Assembly: GCA_025454115.1 (NCBI GenBank)
Contig: JALOPB010000010.1
Coordinates: 1 to 39,716, forward strand
Direction of reading: 5' to 3'
Length of the DNA stretch: 39,716 nt
Source of the DNA: Desulfobacterales bacterium
GTDB taxonomy: Bacteria; Desulfobacterota; Desulfobacteria; Desulfobacterales; SpSt-501
Positions 27,394-37,550 of this stretch are shown piece by piece. How positions within the stretch are numbered: position 1 is the stretch's first letter; every line of letters starts with the position of its first letter. The notes under the pieces were generated by a model that searched no databases, was not told where the DNA came from, and saw only the letters and a list, made by a program, of their open reading frames with translations. A program made the translations under genes and the position numbers.

Positions 27394-29823
27394 ATGACCT
27401 CAAAACCCTCCACTCCACAGAAACCGGTGAAACCCCCAACGGTCAAAACGAAGCGTTTTTTCAGGCGTTTCATTCTGTTGCCGTTAATGGCGCTGATGAT
27501 TCTCGGTCTGATGGCGGTGTTGGCCACAATAGCAGGATACCAGTACATCAGTGAGGATTTGCCTAAAATCAATTCTCTCATGGATTATCGGCCGCCGATC
27601 ATTACCACCGTCTATGCGGAGGATGGCCGCAAAATCGGTGAATTTTTCAAGGAACGGCGCATCGTCACCCCCTTGGCGGAAGTTCCCCCTTTGCAGGTTA
27701 AAGCGTTCATCGCCGCTGAAGACTCTCGGTTTTTCCAGCACCAGGGAGTCGACCCCCTCAGCATTTTGCGAGCGGCGCTGAAGAATCTGGAAGCCGGGAC
27801 GATCAAGCAGGGCGGAAGCACCATCACCCAGCAGGTGACGCGTTCATTTCTGCTGACTCCTGAGCGCAGCTACATCCGGAAGATCAAAGAGGTTATTTTG
27901 AGCTACCGCATCGAGCATGCGTTCTCCAAAGATGAGATTCTCTTTCTCTATCTTAACCAGATTTACCTTGGCCACGGCGCATACGGTGTTCAGGCGGCAG
28001 CGGAAAATTATTTTGGAAAATCAGTCAAGGACTTGAATCTTGCGGAGTGTGCCATCCTGGCGGGCCTGCCGCAGGCACCGACTCGCTATTCGCCGTTCCG
28101 CCATCCCGAACAGGCCCGTGCCCGCCAGGTGTATGTCCTCAACCGTATGGTTGAGGAAGGATTCATCACTCGTGAGCAGGCCGACCAGGCGCTGGCTGTG
28201 AAGTTGGACATCAAACCCCGGCGTAATCTTTACGAAGAACAGGTTCCCTACTATACAGAACACGTCCGCCGTTACATAGAGGGAAAATACGGCACGGATG
28301 CGCTTTACACTCAAGGGCTTCAAATTTACACGGCAGTGAACATTGATTTCCAAAAGGCAGCCGAACTGGAGGTCAACAGAGGGCTTCGGGAAATCGACAA
28401 GCGCCAGGGCTTCCGTGGGCCGCTGGGATCTCTTGCCACCTCTGATATAGATACTTTTCTGCAGGAACAAGCAGCAGATGTGGAGGCCAACCCCCTGCAA
28501 CCCGGCAGAATCGTCAAGGCGGTGGTGGCCCAGGTGAACGATCAGGCCAAGACCGTGGGCGTTCGGATCGGCAAGGAATCCGGCGTACTCTCGTTAGCGG
28601 ATATGAGTTGGGCACGCAAGCCAAATCCCGAGGTGGCCCATTACGAAGCCAGGGTCCGGCAGCCGAGCGCGGTGCTTAAGCCTGGAGACCTCATTTTCGT
28701 GAGGATTAAAGAGCCGCGCAAGGATCCTCGTGATTCCTGGCACGTTACGCTCGAACAAGAGCCTTTGGTGCAGGGGGCACTTTTGTGCTTAGAGACTGAA
28801 ACCGGCTTGGTGAAAGCCATGGTAGGAGGTCGTGACTTCAACGAGACGCAGTTCAATCGTGCGATCCAATCACGACGTCAACCCGGTTCATCGTTTAAGC
28901 CTATTATTTACGCGGCGGCGCTGGATCGCAAATTCAGCGACCCTAAAAAGGTCTACACCCCGGCGACAGTGATCATTGATTCCGCCGTGGTCTTCGAAGA
29001 TCGGCAGCGGGATCAGAGTTGGAAGCCCAAGAATTACAAGGAAACGTTTTACGGCCCGACACTCTTGCGGGAGGCGTTGGCCCAGTCGCGCAACGTGGTG
29101 ACGGTCAAAATCCTTCAAGACATCGGTGTCGATTACGCCATCGATTACGCCCGCAGGCTGGGAGTCACTTCCGATCTAACCCGCACGCTTTCTCTGGCAC
29201 TGGGAGCTTCCGGGGTATCGCTGTTTGAACTGACCCGCGCCTATTCCGTTTTTGCCAACCAGGGGTTCCTGGTCGAGCCAGTCTTTGTCTTGAAGATCAT
29301 TGATCGGGACGGAAAGGTGATCGAGGAGGCCGTTTCTGAACGCCGCAAGGCCATCGAGAAGGATACGGCCTTTATCATGACCAGCTTGATGGAAAGTGTG
29401 GTCCAGCAGGGCACCGGCCAACGAATCAAGGCGTTGGGTCGTCCGGCTGCCGGAAAGACTGGGACTACAAACGACATGTATGATGCCTGGTACATCGGCT
29501 ATACTCCGGAATACATCACCGGAGTTTGGGTTGGTTTCGACAACGAGGCTCCTTTGGGAAAGACCGAAACCGGCGCCGTTGCTGCCAGTCCGGTGTGGCT
29601 GGGATTCATGCGGCAGGTTCTTGCCAATGAATCCGTCAAGGCGTTTCAAGCGCCGGAAGGAGTCATTTTTGCGAAGATCGATGCAGAAACGGGCTTGCTT
29701 CCGGTGGCTGAAACCCGTAAGACGATTTTTGAGTGCTTCAAGGAAGGTACGGTACCGAGCGATTTCAGCAAACGGCCCGGAGAAGTGAAAGAGGCGGAAG
29801 ACTTCTTTAAAAAAGATCTATGA
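27394..29823 (+). CDS. mrcA: Class A penicillin-binding protein PBP1A
   Basis: Transglycosylase motifs ED.RFF.HQG, GGSTITQQ, RKIKE; OB-like insert; transpeptidase motifs SSFK, SRN, KTG. Confidence 0.95.
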   Translation: MTSKPSTPQKPVKPPTVKTKRFFRRFILLPLMALMILGLMAVLATIAGYQYISEDLPKINSLMDYRPPIITTVYAEDGRKIGEFFKERRIVTPLAEVPPLQVKAFIAAEDSRFFQHQGVDPLSILRAALKNLEAGTIKQGGSTITQQVTRSFLLTPERSYIRKIKEVILSYRIEHAFSKDEILFLYLNQIYLGHGAYGVQAAAENYFGKSVKDLNLAECAILAGLPQAPTRYSPFRHPEQARARQVYVLNRMVEEGFITREQADQALAVKLDIKPRRNLYEEQVPYYTEHVRRYIEGKYGTDALYTQGLQIYTAVNIDFQKAAELEVNRGLREIDKRQGFRGPLGSLATSDIDTFLQEQAADVEANPLQPGRIVKAVVAQVNDQAKTVGVRIGKESGVLSLADMSWARKPNPEVAHYEARVRQPSAVLKPGDLIFVRIKEPRKDPRDSWHVTLEQEPLVQGALLCLETETGLVKAMVGGRDFNETQFNRAIQSRRQPGSSFKPIIYAAALDRKFSDPKKVYTPATVIIDSAVVFEDRQRDQSWKPKNYKETFYGPTLLREALAQSRNVVTVKILQDIGVDYAIDYARRLGVTSDLTRTLSLALGASGVSLFELTRAYSVFANQGFLVEPVFVLKIIDRDGKVIEEAVSERRKAIEKDTAFIMTSLMESVVQQGTGQRIKALGRPAAGKTGTTNDMYDAWYIGYTPEYITGVWVGFDNEAPLGKTETGAVAASPVWLGFMRQVLANESVKAFQAPEGVIFAKIDAETGLLPVAETRKTIFECFKEGTVPSDFSKRPGEVKEAEDFFKKDL

Positions 29824-30883
29824 AATCCGCATCAATGGGTTCATAGACTCTTATCATTTTGCCTTCCGGGAGTGCGATTACCTCATCAATCAGAGTGGAA
29901 TCCGGCATTACCCGGACGTTTAAAAAGCCGAACTCCCTCCTTAACGCTGCAAGATTCGCATTGCCCTGGCCGCGCAGATGCGAAGAGCTGCTCGGATGCA
30001 CACGCAACTCGATCGTATCCGGCAAACGGTCTCCCCGGCCCAAGGCGCCTCTAACGGCTTCCAGGTAGCACGCACTTTGCACCAACTGCCCGAATGCGGG
30101 GTGGAATGGACCGGCTACCATACCGCTATCCAAATTAAGACCTTCAGAGGGCTGCAGCCCCGTGCGAATGACCGGAATCCCGCGTTGTCGAAAAAAACGG
30201 TATAGCTTCATTGAGAGATCGACGGCCTCGTTGAGCGATAAGGGCCGATAGCGGTCTTCGCGGAACCACGTTGCCAGAAGGCTTCCCTCCAGTACCAGGG
30301 TCGGATAAATACGGACGAAGGCGGGGTTCAGGCTGGCAATGCGCCGCCCGGTTTCCATCATGCGTGCCTCGTCATCGCCTGGCAACCCCACCATGAGCTG
30401 CAGCCCTACATCATAGCCTCTCGCTTGCAGGCGCCGAACAGCGACCACTGTGTCCGTTGCGGTATGACCACGCCGGGATTGCTGAAGCACATCATCGTCC
30501 ATGGACTGGACGCCGAGTTCGACGCATTTTATCGGGAAGCTATTGATCAGATCCAGGGAATGGGAATCAATGGTGTCCGGCCGGGTTGAAAAGCGGATTC
30601 CGTCCAGCTTTCTCTCGTTAATCCAAGCCGTTGCGGTGGTGAGCAAGCAGCGGATCCGTTCCGTCGGCAGCCCGAGAAAATTGCCGCCATAAAAAGCAAT
30701 TTGAGCCGGCCCCTGTCGTCGACCCCGGAAGCGCAGGAATTCGTCTGCGGTCGCAAACCCGCCCTCAGGCCCAGGGTGCATTTCAGGTTGGCTGGTGACG
30801 ACCTCTTGGTTGCAGAAAACGCAACGGTGGGGGCAGCCGGCATGCGGAATGAAGACCGGCACGATGAACGGCCGGCAGTTCAT
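29807..30883 (-). CDS. Elp3/YhcC-like radical SAM protein without an acetyltransferase domain
   Basis: PVFIPHAGCPHRCVFCNQ, IAFYGG.F, IR.STRPD, ELGVQS, RGH, QLM.GLPG, RIYPTLV, AGPFHPAFG.LV. Confidence 0.9.
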   Translation of the reverse strand: MNCRPFIVPVFIPHAGCPHRCVFCNQEVVTSQPEMHPGPEGGFATADEFLRFRGRRQGPAQIAFYGGNFLGLPTERIRCLLTTATAWINERKLDGIRFSTRPDTIDSHSLDLINSFPIKCVELGVQSMDDDVLQQSRRGHTATDTVVAVRRLQARGYDVGLQLMVGLPGDDEARMMETGRRIASLNPAFVRIYPTLVLEGSLLATWFREDRYRPLSLNEAVDLSMKLYRFFRQRGIPVIRTGLQPSEGLNLDSGMVAGPFHPAFGQLVQSACYLEAVRGALGRGDRLPDTIELRVHPSSSSHLRGQGNANLAALRREFGFLNVRVMPDSTLIDEVIALPEGKMIRVYEPIDADFIDLF

Positions 30884-30970
30884 AGGAGCGTTTTGGGCGG
30901 GCGCCCGATTTGGGATGAGGGGTGAATGCGCGTATCCTCGGATTCCAACCGGATGAAAGCGATCCAGTCG

Positions 30971-31666
30971 TCATTGGGGCTTCAAGCGGGCTAAAGCTTT
31001 ACAAGCGGCATCCTGTTCAGCTGCTTTTTTGCTCTTTCCAACCCCTTCGGTTTCAATTTCCATGACTCGCAACTGCACCCAGAATGTCTTGTCATGATCA
31101 GGGCCCTCTTCGCGGATGACAGAATAACCGGGCATCTGACCGGGACGAGTCTGCACCAGCTCCTGGAGCTGGCTTTTAAAATCAATGTGTTCCTTGGCGC
31201 GCTCCATCTGACGGACCAGCGGCAGGAACATGGCTTGAGTGATCGCAAATGCAGCGCCAAAGCCGCCATCGATATAAACTGCGGCGATCAGTGCCTCAAT
31301 GGTTCCAGCCAGGATCGAGCTTTTTTCATGGCCGCCGGTCTGAGCTTCGCCCTTGCCGAGGCGAATGTGAGCGCCGAGGTCCAGGCGGCGGGCGACTTTG
31401 GCCAGTTGCTGTTCGTTGACCAGGGCGGAGCGCATGCGCGACAAGTCCCCCTCGTTGAGCTTGGTATAGCGCTCCATGAGGATGTGGCCTACTACAAGGT
31501 TCAACACGGCATCTCCCAAGAACTCCAGGCGTTCATTGTCGCGCAGGCCTGTCTCGGGCGCCTCATTGACAAAGGAACTGTGCCGCAAGGCCTCCTCGAT
31601 CAGCCGCTTGTCCGCGAAAGAGTATTGGAGGAGATCTTCGACCGTAGGAATCGGCAAAGAGGACAT
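30971..31666 (-). CDS. rnc: Ribonuclease III
   Basis: NERLEFLGDAVL signature; EALIAAVYIDGG; dsRBD with DFKSQLQE, GPDH.K.F and G.SKK.AEQ.AA. Confidence 0.98.
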   Translation of the reverse strand: MSSLPIPTVEDLLQYSFADKRLIEEALRHSSFVNEAPETGLRDNERLEFLGDAVLNLVVGHILMERYTKLNEGDLSRMRSALVNEQQLAKVARRLDLGAHIRLGKGEAQTGGHEKSSILAGTIEALIAAVYIDGGFGAAFAITQAMFLPLVRQMERAKEHIDFKSQLQELVQTRPGQMPGYSVIREEGPDHDKTFWVQLRVMEIETEGVGKSKKAAEQDAACKALARLKPQ

Positions 31667-31801
31667 GCAGGGACCTTAAAGGTTTACTCTATGTAAGCCT
31701 GTTCGGTTGTCACCATAAAAGCACGACCGAGCAAATCAGTCCAGCATTCCGGACGGGTTTCAAAGCAGCGGCCACGTTTTCCAGGCCTGTGCGGGGGACG
31801 C

Positions 31802-32671
31802 TCAACGCTCTATCAGTTTTTCATAAAGTGCAAAAGGAACATGGAAGTCCCCCTTGCCGAATCCCATTTGGATTCCAGGCTGAATGTCTCCATGAAAATC
31901 GGTGCCTCCGGTTATCAAGAGATCATGGCGACGGGCCAGGTCGGCGTACTGCCGGGTCTGCTCGAAGGAGTGCTGGGGATAAAAAACTTCAAGGCCTTTC
32001 AGGCCCATCGACAGCATATCCTGCAAGAGTTCATCGAGCTGCTCCACGCGTCCAAGTTCCAGCAGACAGGGATGGGCTAGAACGGGGATACCACCAGCGG
32101 CGTTGATGAGTTCGATGGCATGGACGGATTCGATCCGGAATTTATCCACGTATGCCGGTTTTCCGTTTCCCAAGTACCGATCAAACGCTTCATCGAACGA
32201 TTTCACGACCCCTTTCTTTACCAGCAGCTTGGCGATGTGTGGTCTGCCAGGCTGTCCGTCGGCAGCCTCACGCTCGACTTCCTCCAGCCGGATGGATATT
32301 CCCTGCTTGTTCAAACGGGAGATGATCTCTGGATTGCGCTGTCTTCGAGAATCCTGAAGCTTCTCAAGCGTTCGGTTCAACTCGGGGTCGTCCAATCGGA
32401 GGCCATAGCCTAAAATATGGATGCTGCCCGCACCGGAATAGGACGGCGGAGGCTCGGCGCTGATTTCAACTCCAGTTAAAAAACCGAGGGTAGCGGGAAT
32501 GCCGCCTATCAGTGCTTCACGGCTGCCGGCGATCGAGTCGTGATCGGTTATGGAAATGGCGCCCAAGCCTAATTGCAGGGCCAGAGCAATGATTTCAGCA
32601 GGCGAGAGCGTGCCGTCCGAAGCCGTGGAGTGAATGTGAAGATCAATGCAAGCGGCGGGCCTAAATTCCAA
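31802..32671 (-). CDS. PHP-domain phosphoesterase, YciV/TrpH (RNase AM-like) family
   Basis: DLHIHSTASDGT, ITDHD, GVEIS, HILGY, GRPHIA, LAHP, TGGTDFHG; TTG start overlapping the dksA end. Confidence 0.88.
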   Translation of the reverse strand: MEFRPAACIDLHIHSTASDGTLSPAEIIALALQLGLGAISITDHDSIAGSREALIGGIPATLGFLTGVEISAEPPPSYSGAGSIHILGYGLRLDDPELNRTLEKLQDSRRQRNPEIISRLNKQGISIRLEEVEREAADGQPGRPHIAKLLVKKGVVKSFDEAFDRYLGNGKPAYVDKFRIESVHAIELINAAGGIPVLAHPCLLELGRVEQLDELLQDMLSMGLKGLEVFYPQHSFEQTRQYADLARRHDLLITGGTDFHGDIQPGIQMGFGKGDFHVPFALYEKLIER

Positions 32672-33023
32672 GCGCTTTCTCCAGGGATTCTTCCTTCGCC
32701 TTGCACTCGACGCACTGAGTGGTCACCGGGCGTGCTTTGAGCCGTTTGACCGAGATTTCCTCGCCGCAGGATTCGCAAATGCCGTAGGTTCCATTTTCAA
32801 TCCGTTCGAGCGCCTGCTTGATTTTCTTAATCAGCTTGCTCTCACGATCCCGAATCCGAAGCATGAAATTGCGATCGGCCTCGAGCGAAGCGCGGTCGGT
32901 GGGGTCTGGAAAATTTTCGTTCGTCGTGGTCATGCCGGAAACGGTGTCATCGGCCTGGCTCAACAGCTCCTGCATCCGCTGATGCAAATGCTTCTTAAAA
33001 AAATCCAAGTCTTTTTTCTTCAT
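32661..33023 (-). CDS. dksA: RNA polymerase-binding protein DksA
   Basis: DPTDRA (DxxDxA tip), RDRE.KLIKKI..AL.RI..G.YG.CESC....RL.ARP....CVEC zinc finger. Confidence 0.96.
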   Translation of the reverse strand: MKKKDLDFFKKHLHQRMQELLSQADDTVSGMTTTNENFPDPTDRASLEADRNFMLRIRDRESKLIKKIKQALERIENGTYGICESCGEEISVKRLKARPVTTQCVECKAKEESLEKALGI

Positions 33024-33220
33024 GACAGGCCCCATTGCATGATTTGGTTATTGTGATCAATTTAAAACCATATTGTATATCACATGGAAATTTAAATGTA
33101 AATAAATAAACAGCTTTCCTCCACCCGGCAAGATAGCTCATATGGCTGCGAATAATTATAAAGCCATGGTGCCCATTATAACGAACTTTTTCTATGTATC
33201 CAAACTGGGGTAAATGTGAT

Positions 33221-34462
33221 ATGCGAAAAATCAATATGCACGCATCGCCCTCCTGGCAAAAAACGCTTTATATTATGGTATTCTGCCAGGTGATCACCTC
33301 CATCGGCTTTTCAAGCATTTTTCCCTTTCTGCCGCTTTATGTGAAATCCCTGGGATCTGTGACCTCTCTCGGCACGGAGGTACTCTCCGGACTGGTGTTC
33401 TCAAGTCAGGCGCTGACCATGATGATCGCCTCACCGATCTGGGGAGCGGTGGCGGACCGCTGGGGCCGCAAGCTTATGGTTGAACGCGCCATGTTCGGCG
33501 GGGCCGTGATCCTGCTTCTGATGGCGTTTGTCCGATCCGCCGAAGAGCTGGTGTTGCTGCGCACCATTCAGGGAATGATCACCGGCACGATCGGCGCCGC
33601 CAATGCGCTGGTGGCGTCGATCGTGCCGCGCGAGCGGAGCGGTTTTGCGATGGGGCTGCTGCAGGTCGGATTGGGTGCCGGCGTCGGACTCGGCCCCATC
33701 ATCGGCGGTGCGGTGGCCGACGCCTACGGGTACCGCGCAGCATTTTACGTCACCGCAGCGCTGCTGGCGGTCGCCGGCGTGATCGTCGCCGTTGGCGTGC
33801 AGGAGCATTTCACTCCTCCGGCGAAAACAGGTCGCCGCCGGACGGGTTTCTGGAGTGAGTGGCGCCATATCCTCGCCAGCCCCGGAATCGTGGTGACCTA
33901 TTCACTGCGCTTCATGGACTCCCTATCCCGAATGGCGTTCATTCCCATTTTGCCGTTGTTTGCCCTGGAGCTCATGGCCGAGGCCTCGGGCGTGAACAGC
34001 TTCACCGGCTTGGTGATCGGGGCGGCAGCCGCGGCGGCAGCTGTTTTTTCTGTATTCTTCGGCCGGCTGGGCGACCACGCCGGAGGGCGTGGCCACCGCC
34101 GGATCGTCATCGTCTGCGCTCTAGCCGGTTCTTTTTCCTTTTTCCTGCAGGTATGGGTCGGCAGTGGCTGGCAGTTTCTGGCGCTACACCTCCTGGCCGG
34201 CATCGCCCACGGTGGCATTGTCACGGGAGTCAGCGCACTGCTTGCGAGATACACGCACTGCGGCGAGGAAGGCGCGGTCTACGGGCTCGACAACTCTATC
34301 AACTCCGGCGCGCGGGCATTGGCGCCGATGATCGGAGTGTCCATCGCCATGTGGCTGGGCCTGCGGGCCGTGTTCGGGGCCATTTCCCTGGCCTCGCTGG
34401 CCCTCTGGAGGCTGCCGCGCGTTGTGACCTGCCGCCCCTCCGGCCGTGATGCCAACCGCTGA
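33221..34462 (+). CDS. MFS transporter (DHA1 / MdtG-like)
   Basis: PFLPLYV; motif [13 protein letters not shown]; LR..QG...G; motif C G...GP.IGG; about 12 hydrophobic segments. Start uncertain (33194, 33221 or 33236). Confidence 0.9.
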   Translation: MRKINMHASPSWQKTLYIMVFCQVITSIGFSSIFPFLPLYVKSLGSVTSLGTEVLSGLVFSSQALTMMIASPIWGAVADRWGRKLMVERAMFGGAVILLLMAFVRSAEELVLLRTIQGMITGTIGAANALVASIVPRERSGFAMGLLQVGLGAGVGLGPIIGGAVADAYGYRAAFYVTAALLAVAGVIVAVGVQEHFTPPAKTGRRRTGFWSEWRHILASPGIVVTYSLRFMDSLSRMAFIPILPLFALELMAEASGVNSFTGLVIGAAAAAAAVFSVFFGRLGDHAGGRGHRRIVIVCALAGSFSFFLQVWVGSGWQFLALHLLAGIAHGGIVTGVSALLARYTHCGEEGAVYGLDNSINSGARALAPMIGVSIAMWLGLRAVFGAISLASLALWRLPRVVTCRPSGRDANR

Positions 34463-34572
34463 GAGCCTGCCAGGAATTTGCTTTTTAAGCCTATAGTTTT
34501 ATGCTAAAGGCCTACGAGTTCGGGTAGTTAGGCGTTGACTTTCGATTGCCGCCCGAGAGAGCTGTATATTAA

Positions 34573-35508
34573 ATGAACATCTGCTCGATATCCAGTACCG
34601 CCTTCATGGGGATTCGGCCGCGTATCAAGGCCGCCTGGCACCGCCACAACGCTTCGGGGTACGCTTTCATACTGCCGGCCCTGCTGGTAATTCTCTGCCT
34701 GGTCGCTTATCCCTTTGCGATGGCGATCTACCTCAGCATGAGCGATGCGTGGGTGGGCACCGAGGGAAAATTCATCGGCTTCCGCAACTATGGCGACCTG
34801 GTGCAAAACGACATCTTCCGGCAGACGCTTCAGAACTCGCTCGTTTTCACGTTCTTCGCGGTTACGGTCAAAACCATTCTTGGGATGGCGCTCGCTTTGC
34901 TTCTGAACGCCAGGATCCGTTTCCAGCGAATCTTCCGGGGCGCCATCCTGCTGCCCTGGGTCATTCCCAACACCATGAGCACTCTCGGCTGGCTGTGGAT
35001 GTTCGATCCGCTTTTCAGCGTGCTCAACTGGGTGCTCAAGTACGCCGGCCTCATTCAAACCAACGTATCCTGGCTGTCGAACCCATACTGGGCGATGGTC
35101 TCCATCGTTACGGTCAACGTCTGGCGGGGGCTGCCGTTTTTCGCCATCACGCTCCTGGCCGGCCTGGTGTCCATCCCCCCGGAGCTTTACCGGGCCGCCC
35201 ATATCGACGGCGCCGGCGCAGTCCGTTGTTTCTTCCGCATTACGCTGCCGTTGCTCAAGCCGCTGCTCTTGATCGTGATCCTGTTTTCGACCATTTCCAC
35301 CATCAGCGATTTCAACATCGTATACATCTTGACGCGCGGCGGGCCCATGAACCTGACCCACCTGTTGGCAACGCTCTCCTTTCAGATGGGGCTTTCCGGC
35401 GGCCGGTTGGGGCTGGGAGCGGCGGTTTCGCTTTTCATGTTTCCGGTGCTGTGTGTCGTCGTTTATTTCCAGCTGAAGACGATCCGCGGAGGAGCCACCT
35501 ATGACTGA
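34573..35508 (+). CDS. Carbohydrate ABC transporter permease 1
   Basis: FIGFRNY, LLPWVIP, EAA-like loop IPPELYRAAHIDGA. Start uncertain. Confidence 0.92.
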   Translation: MNICSISSTAFMGIRPRIKAAWHRHNASGYAFILPALLVILCLVAYPFAMAIYLSMSDAWVGTEGKFIGFRNYGDLVQNDIFRQTLQNSLVFTFFAVTVKTILGMALALLLNARIRFQRIFRGAILLPWVIPNTMSTLGWLWMFDPLFSVLNWVLKYAGLIQTNVSWLSNPYWAMVSIVTVNVWRGLPFFAITLLAGLVSIPPELYRAAHIDGAGAVRCFFRITLPLLKPLLLIVILFSTISTISDFNIVYILTRGGPMNLTHLLATLSFQMGLSGGRLGLGAAVSLFMFPVLCVVVYFQLKTIRGGATYD

Positions 35509-36352
35509 CCGCCTTCACGGTTCGGCCCGGCGTACGATAGGCATTTATGCGCCCCTGCTGCTGTTCGTGACCTTCGCGCTGTTCCCGATCTACCACATGT
35601 TCCTCACCTCCATTAAGACCGACCGGGCGCTTTACAACCTGAGCCTGAATCCCTTATTGGTCTCTCTGGGGGCGTTGACGGCCGAGCACTATCGCCTGCT
35701 CTTCACCGACACCCTGTTTGTTTCCTGGCTGATGAACAGCCTGATCGTCAGTCTCTCCAGCACGGCGATCGCCATGGTGATCAGCATTCTGGCTGCCTAT
35801 GGGCTGACACGGGTCCGTTTCAGGGGGGCGGACACCTTCGGCATCGCAATTTTTATCACTTATCTCGTGCCCTACTCGCTGTTGTTTTTGCCCTTGACGC
35901 GCGTCGTCACCTGGCTGAACCTTGCCGACAGCCTGTGGGCGCTGATCGTCACCTACCCGACGTTTCTGGTACCGTTTTCCACCTGGCTTTTAATGGGCTA
36001 TATGAAGACCATCCCGGAGGAGATCGAGAAATCCGCCATGATCGACGGCTGCAACCGCCTGCAGATCCTGACGCGAATCATCATCCCGCTGGCCGTGCCG
36101 GGGATCGTCTGCGCCACGCTTTTCGCTTTCAGCCTGGCCTGGAACGATCTGCTGTATTCGCTGGTTTTCATATCACCGACCGAGAAAAAAACGCTGACGG
36201 TCGGAGTGTTGACCGAGCTGATCCGAGGGGATGTCTATTTCTGGGGCTCTCTGATGGGGGGAGCCCTGATCGGCTCGGTGCCGGTCGTGGTGTTTTATGT
36301 GATGTTCATGGACTATTATGTTTCCGGGATGACGGTCGGTGCGATCAAATAA
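35501..36352 (+). CDS. Carbohydrate ABC transporter permease 2
   Basis: NSLIVS, AAYGL.R..F.G, IPEEIEKSAMIDG, AWND.LY. Confidence 0.93.
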   Translation: MTDRLHGSARRTIGIYAPLLLFVTFALFPIYHMFLTSIKTDRALYNLSLNPLLVSLGALTAEHYRLLFTDTLFVSWLMNSLIVSLSSTAIAMVISILAAYGLTRVRFRGADTFGIAIFITYLVPYSLLFLPLTRVVTWLNLADSLWALIVTYPTFLVPFSTWLLMGYMKTIPEEIEKSAMIDGCNRLQILTRIIIPLAVPGIVCATLFAFSLAWNDLLYSLVFISPTEKKTLTVGVLTELIRGDVYFWGSLMGGALIGSVPVVVFYVMFMDYYVSGMTVGAIK

Positions 36353-36391
36353 GGGTGGCCGCACCGCACCATTTATTAAGGACACTTCGGG

Positions 36392-37540
36392 ATGGCCAAG
36401 CTGGTCGTCGAAAATCTGACCAAGCGATTCGGGGTCGTGACGGCGGTCGACTGCTTGAGCTTCACGGCTGAGGATCGCGAGTTTCTGGTACTCATCGGGC
36501 CCTCCGGTTGCGGCAAAAGTACGACCCTCAACCTGATTGCAGGCCTCGAGGAGGCGAACGCGGGACAGATCAGCATCGGCGACCGGCTGGTCACCCATCT
36601 GCACCCGAAAGACCGCGACATCGCCATGGTTTTTCAGAATTACGCTCTTTATCCGCACATGAACGTCTATGCCAACATGGCCTTCGGTTTGAGCATGCGC
36701 GGTTACTCCAAAGCCGAGATCGACCGGCGCATCCAAGAGGCGGCCGAGATCCTCGGCATCGGGAACCTGCTCCAACGCAAACCCAAAGCGCTTTCCGGCG
36801 GTCAGCGTCAGCGCGTGGCGGTGGGACGGGCTATCGTCCGCAAGCCGGCGGTCTTTCTGTTCGACGAACCGCTCTCCAACCTGGACGCCAAGCTGCGGGT
36901 GCAGATGCGTGCCGAGCTCTCCAAGCTGCATCAACGGTTGAACACCACGATCGTCTACGTCACCCATGATCAGATCGAGGCCATGACTATGGCGACCCGC
37001 ATCGTGCTGCTCAAAGACGGGATATGCCAGCAAATCGGCCGGCCGCTGGAGCTCTACACCCGTCCGGTCAACACGTTTACGGCCGGCTTCATCGGCACCC
37101 CGCCCATGAATCTCGTGCCGGCGCAGATCCAGGCGGAGAATGGGAAGATGATGTTGGCCACTGACGGCTTCCGCCTGCCGATCCCCGCCCGATGGCGGCA
37201 GGCGTCTGACCGATTAAAGAGCATGGACGTGATTTTCGGAATTCGGCCGGAGCATATGCGCGGCACCCGGGAGGGCGATATCGCCGTCGACGGGACGACG
37301 GTTGCACGCATAGAAGTCGATCTCGTGGAAATGCTCGGTTCGCACGTCCAGCTTACGCTGGCATGCGGCCCGGAGCGGCTGATCGCTCTGGCCGACCCGG
37401 CCTTGTCGGTCAAGGCGGGTGACCGGATACCCGTCGTTTTCAACTTGGACGCGATGCACCTGTTTGAGAAGCGTGAACCGCAGCGGCGGATCGACGCGGC
37501 CCCGTCCGCTTATGAGAAACCCCAACCCCAGAAATCGTAG
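36392..37540 (+). CDS. Carbohydrate ABC transporter ATP-binding protein (MalK/UgpC type)
   Basis: GPSGCGKST, VFQNYALYPHM, LSGGQRQRVA, DEPLSNLDAKLR, YVTHDQ.EAM, GIRPEH. Confidence 0.96.
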   Translation: MAKLVVENLTKRFGVVTAVDCLSFTAEDREFLVLIGPSGCGKSTTLNLIAGLEEANAGQISIGDRLVTHLHPKDRDIAMVFQNYALYPHMNVYANMAFGLSMRGYSKAEIDRRIQEAAEILGIGNLLQRKPKALSGGQRQRVAVGRAIVRKPAVFLFDEPLSNLDAKLRVQMRAELSKLHQRLNTTIVYVTHDQIEAMTMATRIVLLKDGICQQIGRPLELYTRPVNTFTAGFIGTPPMNLVPAQIQAENGKMMLATDGFRLPIPARWRQASDRLKSMDVIFGIRPEHMRGTREGDIAVDGTTVARIEVDLVEMLGSHVQLTLACGPERLIALADPALSVKAGDRIPVVFNLDAMHLFEKREPQRRIDAAPSAYEKPQPQKS

Positions 37541-37550
37541 GAGGTATTGA

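Noticed and set aside
32142-32150. DnaA-box-like TTATCCACG
   Set aside because: Single, mismatched and inside a CDS; no box cluster was seen, so oriC is not called in this window.
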